A stretch of 62,541 bases of DNA, the filler included, from an uncultured Rhodopirellula sp. (lineage in GTDB: Bacteria > Planctomycetota > Planctomycetia > Pirellulales > Pirellulaceae), in NCBI GenBank assembly GCA_964007735.1. It is 8 parts of 8 records of this genome, joined end to end, with 100 filler letters (N's around TTAATTAATTAA, not from the genome) between each part and the next. Parts side by side here need not be neighbours in the genome. Positions count along the whole stretch, not along the records: positions 18,113 to 26,978 come from CAXGAI010000097.1; positions 27,079 to 35,442 come from CAXGAI010000098.1; 6 more parts are not named here. One strand, written 5' to 3'. Under the pieces are notes generated by a model. That model was not told the origin of the DNA, ran no database searches, and saw only the letters and a program-made list of their open reading frames with translations. Numbering within the stretch: position 1 is the first letter of the stretch; each line of letters opens with the position of its first letter. A program made the translations under genes and the position numbers. Below, one piece after another: positions 20,656 through 32,207 of the stretch.

Positions 20656-21929
20656 AACAAATTGATAGGCGCAAGTTCTTGTTAGGGACAGGAAGCGGCA
20701 TGATGGCCCTTCCTTGGTTAGAGATGTATGCAGAGGATGCGCTAACTAAGAAATTAAAGGAGCCTTCTCTGCGTTTTGCTTCATTTTATTCGCCGATGGG
20801 TTTTGTGAGAGATCATTTTTTCCCTGAAGAGGGTAACCAAAATTTTTTGGCGATGCCTACTTTGAGACCACTGAAAAAAGTGGGGACAAAAGTCACTCTT
20901 ATCACTGGTTTGGCCCGTGTTAATGTTAGAGGTGTCGATGTTCACAATCAATGCAGTTCATGTTACTTGTCTTCAGCCAATCCTCATGGCGAGTTGAAAT
21001 CACCTTATCCGATGGACAGAACCTTGGACCATCTGATTGCAGATAAGGTAAGCCAGCGGACTCCAATTCGATCCTTAGAACTGAATTGCAATACGTTCAA
21101 AGATCTCAAAGAATCAATTTATTTGGATAACATTTCTTGGTATGGCCCTGAGCATGTGGCTACGTCTATGAAAGATCCACGTCAGGTTTATAATCGCCTT
21201 TTTAAGACAGGAAAATCCGACAAGGAAATAACGGACTTGATTTTGCAGGATGCTTCCAATTTTCAAAAAAATCTGAGTAGCCATGATAAAGGCAAGCTAG
21301 ATGAATACTTCACTTCTGTTAGAGAAATCGAAAAACAGATTGAGAAGCTAAGCAAGTACTACGCTACGCATGAGAGGGCGGATATGAAAGAGCCGGATGA
21401 AGAGCCGATGACGCGTGGAGAGTACATAAGGATGATGGGCAAATTGCTTGTGCTGGCTTTCCAAGGAGATCTTACACACGTTGCCACGTTCATGCTCGCA
21501 CCTGAAAGATGGGGAACTCCACAGCGATTTCATGAATTAAATTTTACGAAATCACATCATGGACTCACCCATTCGCAAAACAGAGAAGATGTAAAGAAGG
21601 CTCTTGTGCAAGTTGATCGCTTTTATGTGGATTTATTTGCAGAAGTTTTGGAGCAGTTGGACGCTATCAAGGAGGGGGAAGGAACTCTTTTAGATCACTC
21701 CATGGTTACTTTAGGTTCAGGGTTGGGAGATGGAAAAGACCACACAATGGATGAGCTTCCAATTATTGTAGCAGGTTCTGCTAACGGCCGTATCAAGACA
21801 GGCCGCATTCTTAATTGCCCTGAAAAAACACCACTCGCCAATTTGTGGCTCTCACAAGCTCAGTTAATGGGGACAGGTATGAAGCGATTTGCTGATAGCA
21901 CCGGACCTTTAAAAGGGTTACTCGCCTAA
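20652..21929 (+). CDS. DUF1552 domain protein
   Basis: DRRKFL Tat motif, ALPWLE, KLDEYFTSVREIEKQI, HHGLTH, EGEGTLLDHS, PLANLWL, FADSTG; ATGA overlap with DUF1592 gene. Confidence 0.9.
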   Translation: MKQIDRRKFLLGTGSGMMALPWLEMYAEDALTKKLKEPSLRFASFYSPMGFVRDHFFPEEGNQNFLAMPTLRPLKKVGTKVTLITGLARVNVRGVDVHNQCSSCYLSSANPHGELKSPYPMDRTLDHLIADKVSQRTPIRSLELNCNTFKDLKESIYLDNISWYGPEHVATSMKDPRQVYNRLFKTGKSDKEITDLILQDASNFQKNLSSHDKGKLDEYFTSVREIEKQIEKLSKYYATHERADMKEPDEEPMTRGEYIRMMGKLLVLAFQGDLTHVATFMLAPERWGTPQRFHELNFTKSHHGLTHSQNREDVKKALVQVDRFYVDLFAEVLEQLDAIKEGEGTLLDHSMVTLGSGLGDGKDHTMDELPIIVAGSANGRIKTGRILNCPEKTPLANLWLSQAQLMGTGMKRFADSTGPLKGLLA

Positions 21930-22036
21930 ATGATAGGACTTTTCTTTCACCCCAATTGAAATTGATTGAGAAAGAAGAGGGCCACTTCTATTTCTAATGT
22001 ATCAGACTTCGATTCATTGGGTTTTAGATTGGGTAT

Positions 22037-22062
22037 AGGGTTTGATTCCATTCACCCTCTCC
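22037..22062 (+). other. Degenerate tRNA(Gly)-like 3' end; possible att-site relic
   Basis: AGGGTTTGATTCCATTCACCCTCTCC resembles the T-arm/acceptor consensus AGGGTTCGATTCCCTTCACCCGCTCC; no 5' half present. Confidence 0.35.
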
Positions 22063-22358
22063 GCTTCTCAAACCCTTCAGTCTGAACGGTTTACCGCGCG
22101 ATAGAGGTGTGGGTATTTTGAATCTCACAACGGATTCAATTTCGAATCTTCCGTTCATCCTTCAATTATCGATGCTCCGAAGGAGATAGCCACTGGATTT
22201 TCAGTTTTTTAGGTTGTAATCTACTGATTGGAAAATGCAGATTTCGAAAGCAGTATGAGTAAAATCGATAAGGAGGTTCTATTTCAAGCACCAGAACTTG
22301 TCAGTATCCACTGCAAGCACGGCGGCAAGACGGCTGAAGGCATAAAAACTGAAGAGAT

Positions 22359-25300
22359 ATGAAAATCAGATTCATTCGATGTTGTATATACATTTTCTAC
22401 TTACTTTCAGCAAATTGCCCCCTTTCAATGGACTATTTTGTGTCGATGGATGGGAATGACGCAGCAAGTGGTGATTACAATTCACCTTTTGCAACTATTC
22501 AGCATGCTGTAGATCAACTTAAAACAGGTGACACCCTTTATATCCGTGGTGGCAGCTATCATGAATCTGTTGTAGTTAATGGCATTAAGGGAACGAAATC
22601 TGATCCTTCTTCTAGAACCACGATCCGTAACTATCAAGATGAGGTAGTTATGTTAGACGGTACTGTAGTGATTTCAGGTGACTGGGAATTAGTATCGGAT
22701 AATATTTACAGGACAACCTTAGATGAGGATATATGGCAACTTTTTGTCGACGATAAAATGATGACCTCGGCTCGTTGGCCTGACGCCGAAGCCTGGACAG
22801 CCGGTTTCTGGGACAAGGATACTAATTGGATTCAACAGGATGGATTGAGTTCTGATGGTAAATTTATTGATGCTTCGGGAGGACCCGATCTTGCAGGAAG
22901 CAACAAGGATTTCAGTGGTGCAATTGCAATTATGAACGTGGGTTCTTGGCTCTCATTTGCCAGAAAAGTTGTGAACCACGGATCTGGAAACAGCAGTTTT
23001 TCCTACGATCCAATAGGAAATCAATATCATCACAAAAAGGAAAATGGGAGTGCTTTCTTCGAGGCGGCTTATGCTTGTTTGAGTGTCAATAAGGAGTGGT
23101 ATTATGATCCATCTTCAAAGCAATTGTTTTTGATAACGGACAATGGTTCTTCTCCTAAAGGCAGAAGCGTCCGAGGAAAGACTATTACCTACGGGTTAGA
23201 GGTTGGAGCCTCATCGTGCATCACTGTTCAAGGAATCGATTTTTTTGCCTGCACGTTCAATGTTGAAGCTTCAGATTCAATTGTTATTAGGGATTGCAAC
23301 GTAAAATTTCCAAGCTATTCCAAACGAATGCTTGGTTATACGGAAAAAGCACAACCCACCTCAGTAGATGGCAACCATAATATGGTTAGTAACTGCACAT
23401 TTAAATATGCAGATGGCACAGGGATAAAATTTTCAGGAGATCAGGGGGTGCTAGAAAACAATCTATTCTATCAGGTAGACTACAGCTGTGTAGGAAGTCT
23501 ACATGATGCAATGGTGAACATCCGTGATGCTTCAAATATGACCTTTAGCCATAACACCTTGGATACTGGAGGCAACTCGGTGGGGATTAAAGCGGGAAGT
23601 TCCAATATAATTGAGTATAATCGTGTTACAAACCAAGGGATGCTGCAACATGATGGATCGGCCATACAGGCTGATCACAATTTTACCAATGGTACAGTTA
23701 TGCAACGAAACTGGGTGCATGACCATATCAAGTTTGCATTCCGGTTTGACTCTCCATGGAACAAGCCTTCTATCTTCGGTACAGATGGCATAATGAGGTA
23801 CAATGTTCTATGGAATGCCCGCCCTATGGTGCCAAAAGGTGATATGCACCATATTTATAATAATACTGCATTTGGCAACGATACTGTCGACATAAGTATT
23901 TTTTCTGATATTAACCACGGTGGAATAAACTCAAAGACAGCAACTATAAACAATGCCGTGAATCTTATTAGCGGAAGCCGTTCCGCTAGTATCCAATATC
24001 CAGGAACCAAAAAAAATAACTGGGTTGGAAAGAGTTTTGCACCCAATAAAAATGTAAAAGCTCAACTTGTGGCCACTGAGCAATGGGATTTTCGCCCAAC
24101 TTTTGGATCAGAACTAATTGATGCAGGAGCGAGCATTCCGGACTATCCACACAAAATCGTTGGTGCTGCTCCTGATATAGGTGCTTATGAGTTTGGTGAC
24201 ACAAATTACTGGATCCCTGGTCACCAGTCAGCACAAGCTAGTATGCCAATCCCGAAGAGCGAGAGCGTTAACCAACCTCAAGGGCGAGAACTAATCTTTT
24301 TGCCTGGTTATAAAGGTATCAGTGCCAATATATATTATGGCAAGTCTGAGGCTCTCATGGCACTACTCGCAAAAACTTCCGTTAAGGCAAATATTATCGA
24401 CCCTCAAAAATATGGTGTTACACCACTTGAAAACACAAAGTATTACTGGAGGGTTGATACTGTGCTGGAAGACAATTCGGTTATTACCGGCAATATATGG
24501 AATTATACAACCGGCAGTTTCACTCCTTTAGAGTCGCTGGTCATATTTTCTGATAATTTTGAAATATATTCTACTGCTGCAAGCCCAATAAGGAGTAATT
24601 GGTCTACTCAAGTCACTCTGGGTGAAGGTACAATTCAGATCGATAATTTTTCCGGGAATAAGGCTGTAAGGTTGTACAATGCTTCAACAAAAAAAGACCG
24701 GACCGTTCTGGGAGCCGCAGATATTTTTGATGGCCAAGATGTAATAACATTAAGCTTTGATAGTTTTAATGATAATGCAACTCAAATAGTTGGCAATTTA
24801 GGGGTTTCGGTTGGAGTTGGGAATGTTGCCAGTCATTTAAATCAGGTCAGAAAAGTAAGCCTTAGGCCTCATATTAAAGCAGATATATGGCATCACTTTG
24901 ACTGGATTGTTAATCAGAGTGGAGCTATAGTTGAATATATGGTGGATGGCCGGAGCCATTCTATTGCTATAGGCAGTGCTGATCTATGGTGTGACGGAAT
25001 TCTAGTTGTTGATAACGGCATTGATAAACCAGTAAAAGACTATCAGCATGGCGATGCTACTTTGATCGACAGCTTTGGATGGACTGTCAATAAAGCTGAA
25101 TCAGCCGATTGGCGTATTGATAATGTTGTGGTACGAGACTCGCCATATGTTCTTAGCGCTTTAGCGGGAGATACAAGTCATCCGGTCATCACATTGAAGG
25201 GTGATTCAATCGCGACAATTGAGGCGGGTACTCTCTATGTGGATGCGGGAGTTCAAGCAAACGATGCAGTGGATGGTGATTTAAGTGAAGCAATAAAGGT

Positions 25301-25778
25301 TTCTGGCGAAGTGGATTCGAATAAACCGGGCAGCTATGAGCTTAGATATAATGTTGAGGACTCTTCTGGAAATGAAGCTGTGACAGTTACGAGGACAGTG
25401 ATTGTTGTAGATACAACATCCCCGGTGATTACGCTAGTTGGTGAAGCGATAGTGACAGTCGAGGTTGGAAGTGATTACGAGGATCCAGGAGTAGCAGCAA
25501 ATGACAGTGTCGATGGAGATCTGACATCACAAATCAAAGTTACAGGGGAAGTGGATGTAAATAAGGTGGGTGATTATGAGTTGAAATACGCTGTTTCTGA
25601 TGCTGCTGGCAATAAATCACAGGTGATTGAGAGAAAACTCATAGTGGAAAAACCAATTAAGGAAATTATTCGAATTGAAAATTATAACATTTCACCCTTC
25701 TGGTTTAGTTTTAAGAGCAAAAAGGAAAAGTCTTATGCAATCGAAACTTCAATAGATTTAAGAGGTTGGAAAGAGATC
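22359..25778 (+). CDS. Secreted right-handed beta-helix protein (putative polysaccharide lyase/hydrolase) with two DUF5011 Ig-like repeats; natural C-terminus replaced at a junction
   Basis: YFVSMDGND...PFATIQHA...[11 protein letters not shown]; Asn-rich parallel beta-helix; APDIGAYE; two D.T.PVITL.G...DAVDGDL repeats; tail FSFKS...[12 protein letters not shown]. Confidence 0.8.
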
Positions 25779-26978
25779 GAATATGAAGTTATGAGAGATA
25801 GTGAGGACAACTGTATCACCGTTTGTAATATGGAAAACTTCGATCCAATGGGCGTTCACACGGGTGATTCAATAGTCGTTGCTCCGAGCCAGACTTTAAA
25901 CGATAAAGATTATCATGTTCTTCGGACAGCGAGCCTTAATATAATCAGGGCCCTGGGTGTCGAAGGCGGTTGTAACGTTCAGCTTGCCTTGCGCCCTGGG
26001 AGTCTAATTTCTTCTAAGCTAGGCCTTGGAGAATACAAGGGGCCAGAATATTATGTGATCGAAGTTAACCCTAGGGTAAGTAGAAGCTCAGCCTTGGCTA
26101 GCAAGGCTACCGGATACCCTATTGCTCGGGTTGCAGCGAAAATTGCAATTGGTCGTAAACTAGATGAAATACCAAATCAAGTTACCGGCAAAACTTATGC
26201 TGCTTTTGAGCCAGCCCTGGACTACTGTGTCGTTAAAATCCCGCGTTGGCCTTTTGACAAATTTGCTAAAGGGGATCGGTCGCTCGGAACCCAGATGAAG
26301 GCCACCGGGGAAGTGATGGCAATTGAGCGAACATTTGAGGCAGCTTTTTTAAAAGCGGTGCGGTCTTTAGAAATCACAAGTCGAGACATCTTATGGGATC
26401 CTGGATTGACATCAATAAACGAATCAGAGGCGGCTCTTGGGCCTCATGATGAACGGTTATGGTTTTTGTTATCCGCTTTGCGGCGCAAACATAATCCTAC
26501 AAGTTTATCTGAGATCACATACGTAGATCCCTGGTTTATTAATTCTTTAAACCGGATTACATCGATGGAAACAAGGCTTCTAAATGAAGTAATGACTCAT
26601 GATTTAATCCGAGTTGCTAAGCGCATGGGATTCTCTGACGCCCAAATTGCGACCTTAACCGATCGTACTGAAGAGCAAATCCGCCAATTCAGATTAAAAG
26701 AGGGGATCCGGCCTGTATACAAAATGGTTGATACGTGTGCCGGAGAATTTGAAGCTGAAACACCTTACTTCTATTCAACCTATGAACAAGAAAATGAGGC
26801 GTTGCCGTTGGAGGGCCCTAAGGTTGTTGTAATTGGGTCAGGCCCAATAAGGATAGGCCAGGGTATTGAGTTTGATTATTGCTCGGTACACGCCTCTCAG
26901 GCTCTTAGAAACTCTGGCATACAAAGCATTATGGTAAATTCAAACCCTGAAACTGTTTCTACAGATTTTGACTCGTCA
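25764..26978 (+). CDS. carB: Carbamoyl-phosphate synthase large subunit, internal fragment (in frame with the upstream ORF; probable chimera)
   Basis: [97 protein letters not shown]. Confidence 0.92.
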
Positions 26979-27078
26979 NNNNNNNNNNNNNNNNNNNNNN
27001 NNNNNNNNNNNNNNNNNNNNNNTTAATTAATTAANNNNNNNNNNNNNNNNNNNNNNNNNNNNNNNNNNNNNNNNNNNN
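26979..27078. other. Artificial contig linker
   Basis: N44-TTAATTAATTAA-N44. Confidence 0.99.
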
Positions 27079-28355
27079 CGCCACACGCAATGTGTGCATT
27101 GACTTGGAGGCAATAGTTTGCGCAATTTCCATTGTTTTACTTTCTCAGTTTCGTTGGTTGTTTCCTCCAGATAAGGAGTTTGACTCAGGTCGATCATATC
27201 CTGCCAACGTTCATACATGTAGAGCGTTGTGAAGAGACGCGCGCGGCCATAGTAAGAGCTACCGCGACGGGTGAGGGAATTGTATTTAGGGTGCCGAGGG
27301 TTTTCAGTCATGTTCTTGGATAGGGCGATGGCATCATTAACTCGGCCAATGTGCAATAAGTTGCGGATGCACCATTCGTTGTTATGGGCATAGTTGTGAA
27401 TTTGATCGGGTAGCAGACGATCACGGATCATGTGAGCATGGTCCGTTCGGGCTGAGGCCTCTTGCTGCCAGACCGCATCTTCATATCGCTTTAGCCGTGA
27501 GAAAATGTGGCCGGGCATGTGCCACATGTGCGCAATCCCCGGAGTAGTTTGTCCGCAGACACTTGCTGAAGTCACGGCCGTTGCTGCATCTTTGTAGTCC
27601 CATAAGTGAATGCGATAGTGATGCGAAGGATGCTTTGGATTGATGGCGAAGACCTGCTGCAGAATTGAGTCGATCGCTACATAACTAGTAATTGGAATGT
27701 CGTTATAACGATTACCCCACAGCTGGAGTGCTAAAAATGCCTTCGCCTCGATATTCCGGGGATACTTAATGCAGATCTCTTCGAGGGCCTTGGTGTACTT
27801 TTCAGCCCGCTCTTTCCTTTTTCCGGGATCGGCATTCTGATAGGCGGTCAGAGCTTCTACAAAACGAAGCTCGACATCGGTGATACCTTCTTTACGTTTT
27901 TGCGCTTCTTGCATGAAGACTTTGGAACGTTTGGAATTATTGAAATTGGCCATCGCCATGCCCCAATATGCCATTGCACAGTCGGGATCTAGTTTATTGA
28001 CTTGACGAAATGCCCTTTCCGCTTCCAGATACCAGAAGCCATGCAATGCTGACACGCCCTGATTAAAAAACTTTTGTGCTTCTTCGTTCTTCGTAGTGAC
28101 AGGGAAATCAACATTGGCCATCCCCGGAATTAAATAAGCTCGCTGACGCGGCCCTTCGTTAAATGCTTCTCCGTGATAGGAGTGCCCTGCAAGTGGACCC
28201 GCTGTGTTCTCCTCATTTTCATCGCTCGCTTTGGCACCTTCCTGAGTAGGTGCTTCAGCAGTTTTTGCTTCCGGTTTTTCGTCTTGGTTTTGCCCAAGCA
28301 CTGGCTGGCATATCAACAGAATCAAGGGAAGGATTTTCAAGAGTGAAGACTTCAT
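27079..28355 (-). CDS. Secreted TPR-containing protein (3' truncated)
   Basis: Signal peptide; GHSYHGEAFNEGPRQ, AQKFFNQG..LHGFWYLEAERAF, DPDCAMAYWG, HMWHMPGHIF. Confidence 0.8.
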
Positions 28356-28413
28356 AAGATAAGGCCTGGAAAGGTTGGGACGATTTACTTTTGTGAAAGA
28401 CATATAACGTAAT

Positions 28414-28650
28414 CTAGTCAATGTTAACTGTCACCTGTTCGCCGTCAATTTCAATTTCATCATTATGGTAAACTTTGCGTTTGCGAGCCATACAGACAGC
28501 GCCGTTCACTTTCACGAGTCCGCTTTGAATGAGGACTTTGGCATGGCCACCACTTTCAACAAACTGTAATAGTTTGAGAAAGTGGTCAAGGCGTATATGT
28601 TGTTGAACTTTAGAGTGTTCTGGATGGGGAACTCGAGCGTTGTCCGTCAT
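28414..28650 (-). CDS. RNA-binding S4 domain protein (YaaA/YbcJ-like)
   Basis: IRLDHFLK...ESGGHAKVLIQSGLVKVNG...RKRKV..D.I. Confidence 0.88.
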   Translation of the reverse strand: MTDNARVPHPEHSKVQQHIRLDHFLKLLQFVESGGHAKVLIQSGLVKVNGAVCMARKRKVYHNDEIEIDGEQVTVNID

Positions 28651-28662
28651 AATTTGCCAGCG

Positions 28663-29676
28663 TTATTTGATCTCAAAAGTGGCGATGACGGGATAATGAT
28701 CGCTAATATCCCGCTCATTCTCTTCAATCTCATAATAGATGTTGTAATGATCCTCGTCTTGCTTGCCTCGCAACACCAAATCTTTGCGACGCTCGATCGA
28801 TCGGAAAGACAGGTCGAACTGATTATCCGAATCATGAAGCAATTCCGGACTAATCAAAATGTGATCGAACTGAGTTCCGATCATGTGAGTTGCTCGTTTT
28901 GCTTTTTTTAATTGAGGATGTAAATCGATGAGGTCGCCAATTTGCTCCTCAGCCTTTTTACCACACAGCACGGCCAGATCTTTGTCCAGCGTATAGGAAT
29001 GGCATTCACACAGGGTGTTGATATCTCCCAGGACGATCACATTCTCCTGCTTTTTGATATGTGGTTGAATCCAGTAATTAATTAACCGGCACTGGCGGAG
29101 TCGAGGTTCTTCGCCTCGTGTGCCTGCTCGCAAGTGAACATTGCACAAAGTGATTTCGTGTGTTTCCCCTGCGTGAGTCCATTGGAAAGTTGCGAACAAA
29201 TGCTTGGACAAATTGTAGTAGTGCTTACTTTCGTACATGGCATCGGTTTGATTGCGCCGCTCTTGATGGACAAGGCCGCTCTTGTAAATCAATGCAACAT
29301 CCTGTTCAGTGTAGGTGTCGCGTCCCTGAATGAAAGCGACTTTGTAATCCTGCTTGTGTACGTCCCGCAGTTCACGGGCTAGATCCTGAACTACTTTTTC
29401 ATTTTCAATTTCCTGCAGCGCGAGTACTGTGGGATTAATGGCAGCAACGACTTTGGCCGTCTCTGTGATTCGCCAACGCCAATCTTTTTCAGAGGGCGCA
29501 GATAATTTTTTTGCAAGCTCGGATTTGTTATCTGACTGGTCGTGATCAAAGAACCATTCGATATTCCAAGTGCCAATCACAAGGCGTTCTGGAGCAGCAT
29601 CTGCCGCTGAAATCGATGTGCAAAAAGACGCGAACAGCAGCAGGGTTGCTGTCATTGTTGCGGAGTGTTTTTTCAT
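28663..29676 (-). CDS. Secreted endonuclease/exonuclease/phosphatase family protein
   Basis: TWNIEWF, LALQEIE, VLGDIN, FDHIL, SDHYPV. Confidence 0.9.
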   Translation of the reverse strand: MKKHSATMTATLLLFASFCTSISAADAAPERLVIGTWNIEWFFDHDQSDNKSELAKKLSAPSEKDWRWRITETAKVVAAINPTVLALQEIENEKVVQDLARELRDVHKQDYKVAFIQGRDTYTEQDVALIYKSGLVHQERRNQTDAMYESKHYYNLSKHLFATFQWTHAGETHEITLCNVHLRAGTRGEEPRLRQCRLINYWIQPHIKKQENVIVLGDINTLCECHSYTLDKDLAVLCGKKAEEQIGDLIDLHPQLKKAKRATHMIGTQFDHILISPELLHDSDNQFDLSFRSIERRKDLVLRGKQDEDHYNIYYEIEENERDISDHYPVIATFEIK

Positions 29677-29812
29677 GGTCTGGTTGATTCACTAATCGAG
29701 TTGCATGATAACTAAAAGTAAGAGGAATCTTTTCTTTGGATACGTTATTGTAGCTCACTGCCGGAAGACTTCCACTCTTCAAATTCAGATACCATATCAA
29801 AGCTGATCTTAG

Positions 29813-30952
29813 ATGACTTTTACTGTTCCTTTTAATCGCCCCTACCTGACAGGTCACGAACTGGACTACGTGGCTCAGGCAATACAGAACGGCGATTTAT
29901 CCGGCGATGGACCGTTCACTCAGCAGTGTTGTGAGTTGCTGGAAGAACGATTAGGCACACAGCGAGTCCTTCTGACTCCGTCCTGTACAGCGGCATTGGA
30001 AATCTCCATGTTGTTATTGGAGCTGGGCGAAGGTGACGAAGTCATTCTTCCATCTTTTACATTTGTCTCCACAGCCAATGCCGTTGTGCTGGCAGGCGGA
30101 ATCCCGGTGTTTGTTGATGTTGATCCTGAGACATTAAATCTTGACTCAACGCAAGTGGAAGCAGCGATTACCGATCGTACCCGAGCTATTATCCCGGTGC
30201 ATTATGCTGGCGTGGGATGTGAGATGGATGCTTTAATGGCCATCGCCGAAAAACACGAGTTGGTCGTCGTTGAGGATGCTGCTCAAGCTTTGAATTCGTT
30301 CTATGGCGATAGAGCGCTGGGCACCATTGGTAACCTGGGAACTTTTAGCTTTCACCAGACAAAAAACTTTAGTTGTGGTGAAGGAGGGGCGTTGTGTATT
30401 AACGATGAGACATTTGTTGAACGCGCTGAAGTCATCCGCGAAAAGGGCACCAACCGGAGTCAGTTTTTAAAAGGGCATGTGGATAAATATACCTGGGTGG
30501 ATTTAGGATCTTCTTACTTACAGGGTGAGTTGGCAGCCGCTTTTTTGTTCGGGCAACTCGGTTCGATGGATGTTATCACGGAAATGCGTCAGCGTTGCTA
30601 TGAGACTTACAAACAACAACTGACACCGCTGGCAGATGGAAATTTGCTTCAATTGCCGGTCATTCCGGCCGAGTGTCAAAGCAACTACCACCTGTTTCAT
30701 ATTTTGTTACCGACACAGGAAAAACGAGATGCATTGCTGAAACATCTTAATTCCCAGGGCATTCATGCGGTCTTTCATTACATTCCTTTGCATAGTTCTC
30801 CAGCAGGTATTCGACTAAGTGGAAAGGCGGTAAGTCTCCCGATCACTGAATCGATCAGTAAACGCCTTTTAAGACTGCCGATTTACCCAAATTTGGAGCC
30901 CGAACTGCAGCAACAAGTGGTAGATGAAATCACTACTTTTCTAGGCTCATAA
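29813..30952 (+). CDS. wecE: dTDP-4-amino-4,6-dideoxygalactose transaminase (DegT/DnrJ family)
   Basis: PFNRPYLTG, LLTPSCTAALE, EDAAQ, SFHQTKN..CGEGG, REKGTNRSQF..G.VDKYTWVD.GSSY, VFHYIPLH. Confidence 0.92.
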   Translation: MTFTVPFNRPYLTGHELDYVAQAIQNGDLSGDGPFTQQCCELLEERLGTQRVLLTPSCTAALEISMLLLELGEGDEVILPSFTFVSTANAVVLAGGIPVFVDVDPETLNLDSTQVEAAITDRTRAIIPVHYAGVGCEMDALMAIAEKHELVVVEDAAQALNSFYGDRALGTIGNLGTFSFHQTKNFSCGEGGALCINDETFVERAEVIREKGTNRSQFLKGHVDKYTWVDLGSSYLQGELAAAFLFGQLGSMDVITEMRQRCYETYKQQLTPLADGNLLQLPVIPAECQSNYHLFHILLPTQEKRDALLKHLNSQGIHAVFHYIPLHSSPAGIRLSGKAVSLPITESISKRLLRLPIYPNLEPELQQQVVDEITTFLGS

Positions 30953-31157
30953 TCGTCTTAATCGCTAGAGCCGTAACGAGACGATGTTAGGTTCCTGCTT
31001 ATCTTGGACTGCGTTGATTATCGAACGTATTTGGTGGAATTGTCGTACTAGGATTAAATGAAAACCTGTCCGCCGGAGTTGCCGCAATGGAGGACTTCTG
31101 CATAGAGCATCTGTCTTAGCTGCTCTTTCCTTTCAATTCAATACTTTGACGCAATTC

Positions 31158-32207
31158 ATGAATGAGCAAAAGACAGTATTGGTGACCGCCTGTGGTTCGT
31201 CGATCGGACTGGAGGTATTGCGCTCATTGCATCAGGCAAATCTTCCGATTCGGGTTATTGGGACAGAGGTGTCATGGTGGGGAAAGCAGGTTGCTGATCC
31301 TTATTGTGATCAGGTTTTACTTCTTCCTCGTGGCGACGCCCCCGGCTACCTCGATGCGATCCACGACACAATAGCTCAATTTCAAGCGGAGCTTGTATTT
31401 GTGAACACCGAACCCGAACTCGAGGCAATTGTTGATAGCCGAGATGATTTTGAGGTTGCGATGTCCTGTCCCGGTAAAAATGGATTACGTGCTTGTTTGA
31501 GCAAGCAGGTTTTGCATGATCGTTTGGCAGGCCATGGGTTAACGGCGGCAACAATGGTGATTAACGCGCGGGAGGATTTAGAACGAGCGCTCGAGAAATT
31601 CGGCAGTCCATTGTGGCTGCGGTGTGCGGAAGGTCCGCGGGGCCGTGGAAGTATTGTTGTTGAGCATGCAACGGATGGTGTTTTTTGGATGGACTACTGG
31701 CGTCGGCGCGATCCAGGTGAGGATGTTTGGCTGGCTCATGAGTACTTGCCGGGCCGTAATTTTAATTGGACTTCGATTTGGCGCAATGGTGAACTTGTGG
31801 CAGCGGCCAGTGGAGAGAGATTAAAATACTTTTTGGCTCAGGTGGCAGTAAGCGGTATTACAGGGAATGTATCGCATTGTCAGTTGGTTGATAGCGCAGA
31901 GATAACTCCGATTGCCAGTCAGGCTGTCAGACTAGCAGACGAGACACCTCATGGAATTTATGCGGTTGACCTTAGAGAAGATGTCCAGGGGATTCCGAAG
32001 ATCACTGAAATTAACGCGCGGCAGGCATTTCGACCATTGTTGTACACACAGGGCGGTATTAATTTCTCTGAAGTGTTTGTTAAAGCGATGCTTTGGAGAA
32101 ATGATTATACGTTCGAGCCATCGGCTATCAAAGTAGGTTTAGAAATGGTACGAGGTATGGATTTTGAACCAATGTTTCGTGAAGTGGAGGAGCAAGGAAT
32201 AAGCTAA
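31158..32207 (+). CDS. ATP-grasp domain protein (carbamoyl-phosphate synthase-like family found in glycan loci)
   Basis: VLVTACGSSIG, NTEPEL, GPRGRGS, HEYLPG, VDL.ED..G.PKITEINAR. Confidence 0.75.
   Translation: MNEQKTVLVTACGSSIGLEVLRSLHQANLPIRVIGTEVSWWGKQVADPYCDQVLLLPRGDAPGYLDAIHDTIAQFQAELVFVNTEPELEAIVDSRDDFEVAMSCPGKNGLRACLSKQVLHDRLAGHGLTAATMVINAREDLERALEKFGSPLWLRCAEGPRGRGSIVVEHATDGVFWMDYWRRRDPGEDVWLAHEYLPGRNFNWTSIWRNGELVAAASGERLKYFLAQVAVSGITGNVSHCQLVDSAEITPIASQAVRLADETPHGIYAVDLREDVQGIPKITEINARQAFRPLLYTQGGINFSEVFVKAMLWRNDYTFEPSAIKVGLEMVRGMDFEPMFREVEEQGIS

Noticed and set aside
22359..27026. A genuine 1555-aa secreted carbamoyl-phosphate synthase fusion
   Set aside because: Junction lies mid-domain at a microhomology near a contig end, and the two parts have incompatible localisation; treated as a chimera
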